DNA from: an uncultured Tissierellaceae bacterium
GTDB taxonomy: Bacteria > Bacillota > Clostridia > Tissierellales > Tissierellaceae
NCBI GenBank assembly: GCA_964527205.1
Contig: CAZGQG010000004.1
Coordinates: forward strand, 7,023-71,022
DNA length: 64,000 nt
Reading direction: 5' to 3'
In this document: piece after piece, positions 59,585-64,000 of the stretch
How the letters are laid out: each line of letters starts with the position of its first letter
How positions within the stretch are numbered: position 1 is the stretch's first letter
The notes under the pieces: generated by a model
Database searches by the model: none
What the model was told of the DNA's origin: nothing
What the model saw: only the letters and a program-made list of their open reading frames with translations
Made by a program: the position numbers and the translations under genes

Positions 59585-59745
59585 GAAGGTTCTACTATAT
59601 ATCTACTCTAGGCAGGTCTCCTGACTTATGATATTTTCTATCAACACCTTCCCAGATAAAATCCAGTGGTTTCTGTTGACCCTAAATCACTTACAGTAGC
59701 GGGGGCTGTATAGGACTTTAACCTATTTCCCTTTTAATAAAACCT
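59585..59745 (-). promoter_or_regulatory. Cobalamin (B12) riboswitch, second copy
   Basis: The minus strand reads AAAAGGGAAATAGGTTAAAGTCCTATACAGCCCCCGCTACTGTAAG...AACCACTGGATTTTATCTGGGAAGGTG...AAGTCAGGAGACCTGCC, which is a near-consensus B12 box. Confidence 0.85.
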
Positions 59746-59878
59746 AGAATAGTCTTATTTAGTTATCATATGTATAATATCATATTGTTATATTTAATAC
59801 AATATAATCTATCTCTTATTTCTTTCAGGACAAGAATCCTAGCCTATGCTATAATGGAAGAAAATAGGAGGTGCTTTA

Positions 59879-60961
59879 ATGGAGAAAAAGATATTCTCTG
59901 GAAAAAGTATAATAAAAGGAATTTTCTACATAATAGGATTTCTTGTCTTATTACTAGTGCTTCTGGTCTTATATCTCACTATTACAGAATACAAGCCAGA
60001 TGAGATTACCAGCCTGGTCATTGACTATGCAGATATAAATGAAGTCCCAAGAGAAACTAGCTTTAAGGCAGTAAGCTTTAATCTAGGCTACGGAGCCCTA
60101 GGTGAGGAAGAAGATTTCTTTATGGATGGAGGAAAGAAGGTCTTTCCAGATAGCATAGAAGTGGTAGAAAAAAATCTGGAGGGAATTGCCCATGTCCTAA
60201 AGGATATTGATGCGGATTTCCATTTGCTTCAGGAAGTTGATAAGGACTCTAAGAGAAGCTTTTCCATAGATCAACAAGAATACTTAGAAGATCAGGTCCT
60301 AGGAAAACCAAGCTTTTATGCAGAAAACTATAAGGTTAAATTTGTTCCCATACCCTTCCCACCAATGGGAAAGGTTGATTCAGGCCTAGTAACCAGTGCT
60401 AGGTACAATATATTAGAGGCGGATAGGATAAGTTTATTTGTTCCCTTTAAATGGCCTGTTAGGATAGCCAATCTCAAACGTAGCTTGCTGGTGACCAAAA
60501 TGCCAGTGGAGGATACTGAAAAGGACCTAGTCCTTGTAAACCTTCATCTAGAGGCCTATGACGACTCAGGTGGCCGAGAAGAGCAGACCAGGGAACTCTT
60601 GGAGCTAATGGAGGAGGAAGTGGCCAAGGGAAATTATGTAATAGCTGGAGGAGACTTTAACCAGTCCTTCTTCCCCTTAGAAGATCTACCCTACGAAGCC
60701 ACAGAAGACCAGTGGGAGCCAGGACTCTTAGACCTGGATTTATTTTCAGATGATTTCCATGTTTTAAGAGATGAAAATATGACTCCAACCTGCCGCTCCA
60801 ACCACATAGCCCACACTGAATACCAGGGCAGAAAGTATTATTACTATATTGATGGCTTTATTGTATCGGATAATATTAATGTAGAAAGCTTAGAGGTGTA
60901 TGATCAAGACTTCCAGTTCTCAGATCATAATCCAGTAGTTCTGAATTTCTCATTGAAATAG
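59879..60961 (+). CDS. Membrane-anchored endonuclease/exonuclease/phosphatase (EEP) family protein
   Basis: 360 aa with an N-terminal TM helix and EEP motifs (LLQEVD, VNLHLEAYD, GGDFN, SDHNPV). AGGAGG RBS. Confidence 0.75.
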   Translation: MEKKIFSGKSIIKGIFYIIGFLVLLLVLLVLYLTITEYKPDEITSLVIDYADINEVPRETSFKAVSFNLGYGALGEEEDFFMDGGKKVFPDSIEVVEKNLEGIAHVLKDIDADFHLLQEVDKDSKRSFSIDQQEYLEDQVLGKPSFYAENYKVKFVPIPFPPMGKVDSGLVTSARYNILEADRISLFVPFKWPVRIANLKRSLLVTKMPVEDTEKDLVLVNLHLEAYDDSGGREEQTRELLELMEEEVAKGNYVIAGGDFNQSFFPLEDLPYEATEDQWEPGLLDLDLFSDDFHVLRDENMTPTCRSNHIAHTEYQGRKYYYYIDGFIVSDNINVESLEVYDQDFQFSDHNPVVLNFSLK

Positions 60962-61002
60962 GATTTATTGGTCCTAGAGTAAAATAATCTTAAAAATAGA
61001 AA

Positions 61003-61038
61003 AAGAGCTAGAATTTGCCTAGGCATTTTCTAGCTCTT
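61003..61038. terminator. Bidirectional terminator between convergent EEP and heliorhodopsin genes
   Basis: aagagctagaa...ttctagctctt with inner tgcc/ggca pairing and flanking A/T-tracts. Confidence 0.75.
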
Positions 61039-61074
61039 TATTCTTTGATTTAAAAACAGTCCATCAAGATTAAT

Positions 61075-61854
61075 TTATGGCTGCATGGCTCCAAACAGAA
61101 CCAACCAAGCCAGGGCTGATTTAGCCACTAGGCTTAGAATAATATAAACTCTTTCACCATAAAGATAATCCTTCCATTTCCCAACTTCCTTGTATTGTAG
61201 GATCATATTGATTGGGAAGGTGTTAAATGCTATAAAGTAAACAACAACTATAGCCCATACAAACCAAGGTACCTCTCCAAAATTACCTGTTGCAAACATG
61301 TACATTGCAATGGCAATCCAAGGGGCAATCCCTGCTATTGAACCCCATATAAAGGGACCCCAATTAACATCTTCTTTCTTACGCTGAGAATTCAATTGTT
61401 CCATAACTAATCCAAATAAGTTCATTGTAGCATTAACAAAGAAAATAAGGGTTAATGAAGCAATATCATAAATACCAAATAGGGTTGCAATTAGAACAAT
61501 CATAATTGATGAACTAAGAGCATATTCAAACCATCTGAATTTGTTGATACCAAGCCTTAAGTCTGCAAAATATTTGTCGCTCATAATATATACAATACCG
61601 TGGGCTAGGGCAGAAATAAGTAAAAATGAAGCCACCATAATTCCAAAGGGCAATTGGAACAATTCCTTACTTGCAGTAACCAGTCCCTGGACCTGAGGAT
61701 CATACTTCAAGAAATTTTGTGTAATCATAGGCTGGAATTCTGCAATCTTTTGAATTACACTAGTTGCCAGAAATATCATTGCTATACCCTGTATAAGGTG
61801 TAGAGTCCCCATAATCAAGTTAAATCTCTTCAGTTTTTCTAATCTTTCTTCCAT
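61075..61854 (-). CDS. Heliorhodopsin
   Basis: 259 aa with 7 TM helices. Near-identical blocks to my recollection of HeR 48C12: FRWFEYALSSSIMIVLIA (counterion Glu) and GERVYIILSLVAKSALAW (Schiff-base Lys245, codon 61120-61122). The conserved His residues in LHLIQ and LAHGIV are present. Confidence 0.9.
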   Translation of the reverse strand: MEERLEKLKRFNLIMGTLHLIQGIAMIFLATSVIQKIAEFQPMITQNFLKYDPQVQGLVTASKELFQLPFGIMVASFLLISALAHGIVYIMSDKYFADLRLGINKFRWFEYALSSSIMIVLIATLFGIYDIASLTLIFFVNATMNLFGLVMEQLNSQRKKEDVNWGPFIWGSIAGIAPWIAIAMYMFATGNFGEVPWFVWAIVVVYFIAFNTFPINMILQYKEVGKWKDYLYGERVYIILSLVAKSALAWLVLFGAMQP

Positions 61855-61919
61855 AAAATCATCTCCTTACAGGGTCTTTACCCTGATTCAACTTATAATA
61901 TCCTCTTTAGAAAATATAA

Positions 61920-61950
61920 ATAAAAAGAAGAGCTATAATAAAGCTCCTCT
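61920..61950 (-). terminator. Possible terminator after the DsbA-like gene
   Basis: 8-bp stem agaggagc/gctcttct (one G-U pair) followed by TTTTTATTT on the minus strand. Confidence 0.4.
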
Positions 61951-62584
61951 AGAGTTGTTTCTCTTCTTCCATAATTCTGTGAAGCATCTCTTCTATCTTA
62001 TCTAAGGGTTGAGCCCCTCCTATTAAATATTTCCCCTCTACTAAAAGAGCAGGTACACTGGATATTCCGTAGGCTCTGGCTAGATCAAGCTCCCTGTTAA
62101 CTGCTTCTAGTGACTCAGGACTATTAAAGGCCTTCTCCCACTTTTCCAGGTCTATGCCTGTTTGTGAAACAATATCCTTTATAATCTCTGGATTTCCTAT
62201 GTTTTTATTATCCATAAATAATGCCTCTTGCAAAGCATCAAATACCTCCCAAGCCATATCATCCCCAGCAACTTCTTCCCCAGCCTTAACTGCACGTAAA
62301 GGAAGGATTGACATGGGAAATAAAAAGTCCTTTTCTTTCATTCCTTCAATATTAAACCTATTAAGATCATCATTTATATTTGCCTGTTCCCAATGACTTA
62401 AAATCTCCCCCTTTGCCCCTTCCCTACTTCCAAACATCTTGTCAAAGGCTTCTAGCTCTGGAACTAAGGCAAAGGATCTATGGATAATTTCAAGTTCAGG
62501 CATCCTTTCCTTAAGCTTTCTCATCCTATAGGACATAGGAAAGCAAAAGCTACATATTACATCATGAAAAAATTCTATTCTCAT
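61949..62584 (-). CDS. DsbA/FrnE-like thiol:disulfide oxidoreductase
   Basis: 211 aa with an N-terminal CSFC (CxxC) in FFHDVICSFCFP and the C-terminal GISSVPALLVEGKYLIGGAQ. Confidence 0.75.
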   Translation of the reverse strand: MRIEFFHDVICSFCFPMSYRMRKLKERMPELEIIHRSFALVPELEAFDKMFGSREGAKGEILSHWEQANINDDLNRFNIEGMKEKDFLFPMSILPLRAVKAGEEVAGDDMAWEVFDALQEALFMDNKNIGNPEIIKDIVSQTGIDLEKWEKAFNSPESLEAVNRELDLARAYGISSVPALLVEGKYLIGGAQPLDKIEEMLHRIMEEEKQL

Positions 62585-62641
62585 ATAATTTCCTCCTATC
62601 TTTTGTTCATTATATACCTCAATAGCTTTCTTATAATCTAT

Positions 62642-63538
62642 TTATTTTCTAGATTTTTCTTTAATTTTTATAAAATCCTTCTTATATAAGAGTAAGATTA
62701 ATATAGTAAAAGTGATTAGACTACTTACCAATACAAAAGATAAATCACGAATTATATGATGAGTGGCTCCTCCCGGACCAAGAATAGCCATATGGGAGAT
62801 AATGTAGGATAAGGCAAAGATCATTATTATCCTAGTTACCTTAGAGATCTTATCTTTCTTCCTAAATATAAGGGATAAAATCCCACTTATAATAAGGATA
62901 ATTATCATAACCATTAAATAATAATTCATAGCAAGTCTTGGAAGTGTAAGGCTATATCCCTCTTGTTCCTCCCCATAAATTATTTTATCTAATTCACTGG
63001 TTTGACTTATAAAAAGAACTCTAACAGGTTTTTCTTCATCAATACTTATTACTGCACTTTTCCCCTCTCCTCTTTCAAATAAACTACTTATATTAGTTTT
63101 CCAAGCCATAATCTCGTATTCCATTCCACCATAATTAATCTGAACTATATCATAATTAGAAACTTCAGGCCTAAACTTGATAAATAATTTACCCTCTGCT
63201 ACTTCTGTAGATTCTATAACTTGCTGGTAGGATAGGGGAATAGGTTTTGTAGCTAGGTTTAGTCCTATAATTAATAATAAACTTATTATCAAAGCAGCCA
63301 TGATGCCTGTATAAATATTCCCTTTTTTTATCTTACTATTTACTTTTTTTAATGGGATAGCTTCTAACTCATTTTCCCTTTTATAGTCTAATTTTGCTGC
63401 CTTTAATTCTTCATATTCCCCTTTACATATAGGGCAATTTTCTATATGATCCTCTACAAGTTTTTCTGTATCCTCACTGGTTAAATCTTCCACCACCAAG
63501 GGAAGTAAATCTTGAATTGTATTACAAGTTAATTTCAT
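62642..63538 (-). CDS. Anti-sigma factor (zf-HC2) with TM segments
   Basis: 298 aa with the N-terminal motif H-x3-C-x2-C (DHIENCPICKGE). It overlaps the upstream sigma gene by 4 nt. Confidence 0.7.
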   Translation of the reverse strand: MKLTCNTIQDLLPLVVEDLTSEDTEKLVEDHIENCPICKGEYEELKAAKLDYKRENELEAIPLKKVNSKIKKGNIYTGIMAALIISLLLIIGLNLATKPIPLSYQQVIESTEVAEGKLFIKFRPEVSNYDIVQINYGGMEYEIMAWKTNISSLFERGEGKSAVISIDEEKPVRVLFISQTSELDKIIYGEEQEGYSLTLPRLAMNYYLMVMIIILIISGILSLIFRKKDKISKVTRIIMIFALSYIISHMAILGPGGATHHIIRDLSFVLVSSLITFTILILLLYKKDFIKIKEKSRK

Positions 63539-64000
63539 AGCTTTCCCTCCAGTTCTCTTTGAATTTTCTTTCTAGCCCTATGATAAATAACACAGGCCCA
63601 GTTATCCGTCTTTCCAAATAGTTTAGCTATTTCTTTAAAACTAAGTTCCCCATAAAATCTTAATCTAAAAATTTCACCATAGGGACCTTCTAGTGAAGAA
63701 TCTATAATGCTATTTATCCTTATAAATTCATCCTTAGAAATAATATCTCTTTCAAGCATATTAATATCTTCTTTTTCTATCAGACTATCCAGATCTTTTC
63801 TAAAATCTACTTTTTTGTTTTTTCTAAGATAAGAAAAATACTCATTTTTTGCAATCTGGCATAGCCATACCCTTAATTTAGTCTCACCTCTATAATCGTC
63901 AATGGCCTTCATAGCCTTTAAAAATGTTTCAGATGTAATATCTTCTGCTATATGCTTATCTCTTGATAAGCTTAATATGTAGTAGTAAATATCCTTAAAA
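63535..64000 (-). CDS. ECF (sigma-70 family) RNA polymerase sigma factor; N-terminus beyond the window
   Basis: The frame stays open to base 64000: ...FKDIYYYILSLSRDKHIAEDITSETFLKAMKAIDDYRGETKLRVWLCQIAKNEYFSYLRKNKK (region 2) and ...LSFKEIAKLFGKTDNWACVIYHRARKKI (region 4). Confidence 0.8.
   Translation of the reverse strand, partial: FKDIYYYILSLSRDKHIAEDITSETFLKAMKAIDDYRGETKLRVWLCQIAKNEYFSYLRKNKKVDFRKDLDSLIEKEDINMLERDIISKDEFIRINSIIDSSLEGPYGEIFRLRFYGELSFKEIAKLFGKTDNWACVIYHRARKKIQRELEGKL

Noticed and set aside
59770-60003. 77-aa plus-strand ORF overlapping the start of the EEP gene
   Set aside because: It is out of frame with the well-supported 59879..60961 ORF, which has an AGGAGG RBS. It has no RBS of its own and overlaps the promoter region (TGCTATAAT at about 59846).
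1-64000. CRISPR arrays, tRNA/rRNA genes, transposases, integrases, prophage or known anti-phage defence modules
   Set aside because: No direct-repeat/spacer periodicity, cloverleaf-type sequence, or recombinase, nuclease or NTPase defence architecture was recognised in any frame. The only long repeat is the diverged pair of 5'-nucleotidase genes.

Overview
AT-rich chromosomal segment from a low-GC anaerobic Firmicute (Clostridia/Tissierellia-like, with strong GGAGG ribosome-binding sites and many short gene overlaps). I found about 55 protein genes and no rRNA, tRNA, CRISPR array, transposase, integrase or recognisable phage/defence module. Ordinary content: catalase (cut by the window edge), rubrerythrin, Fe/Mn SOD, WrbA, FMN reductase, Xth, M-box-controlled MgtA, an OpuC-type osmoprotectant ABC transporter, MATE efflux, GreA, VanZ, cardiolipin synthase, a PLD-like protein, a LicC/LicA-type fusion, and an ECF sigma/anti-sigma pair. 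Items worth a second look: (1) a TetR-associated operon (19.1-26.6 kb) joining two HgdAB/BcrBC-family subunits and their ATP-dependent activator with a CooC-like ATPase, an acetyl-CoA-synthase-middle-domain-like protein, an unannotated 51-aa membrane peptide and an OYE/FAD enoate-reductase-type flavoprotein, with no CoA-transferase; this is my best candidate for an undescribed enzyme system. (2) A CoA-disulfide-reductase/NADH-oxidase family gene whose catalytic Cys codon is an in-frame TGA followed by a SECIS-like hairpin, so a probable selenoprotein. (3) A canonical heliorhodopsin gene. (4) Two cobalamin riboswitches, one ahead of a BtuFCD-type transporter and one ahead of a TrmO-like gene plus a Nik/Opp-type ABC transporter whose binding-protein gene is frameshifted in a homopolymer. 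(5) Two paralogous modules (YunD-like cytoplasmic 5'-nucleotidase plus DUF4428-type zinc-ribbon proteins) with a shared palindrome at identical spacing from an extended -10. All family calls come from reading the translations and recalling motifs. No database search was run.
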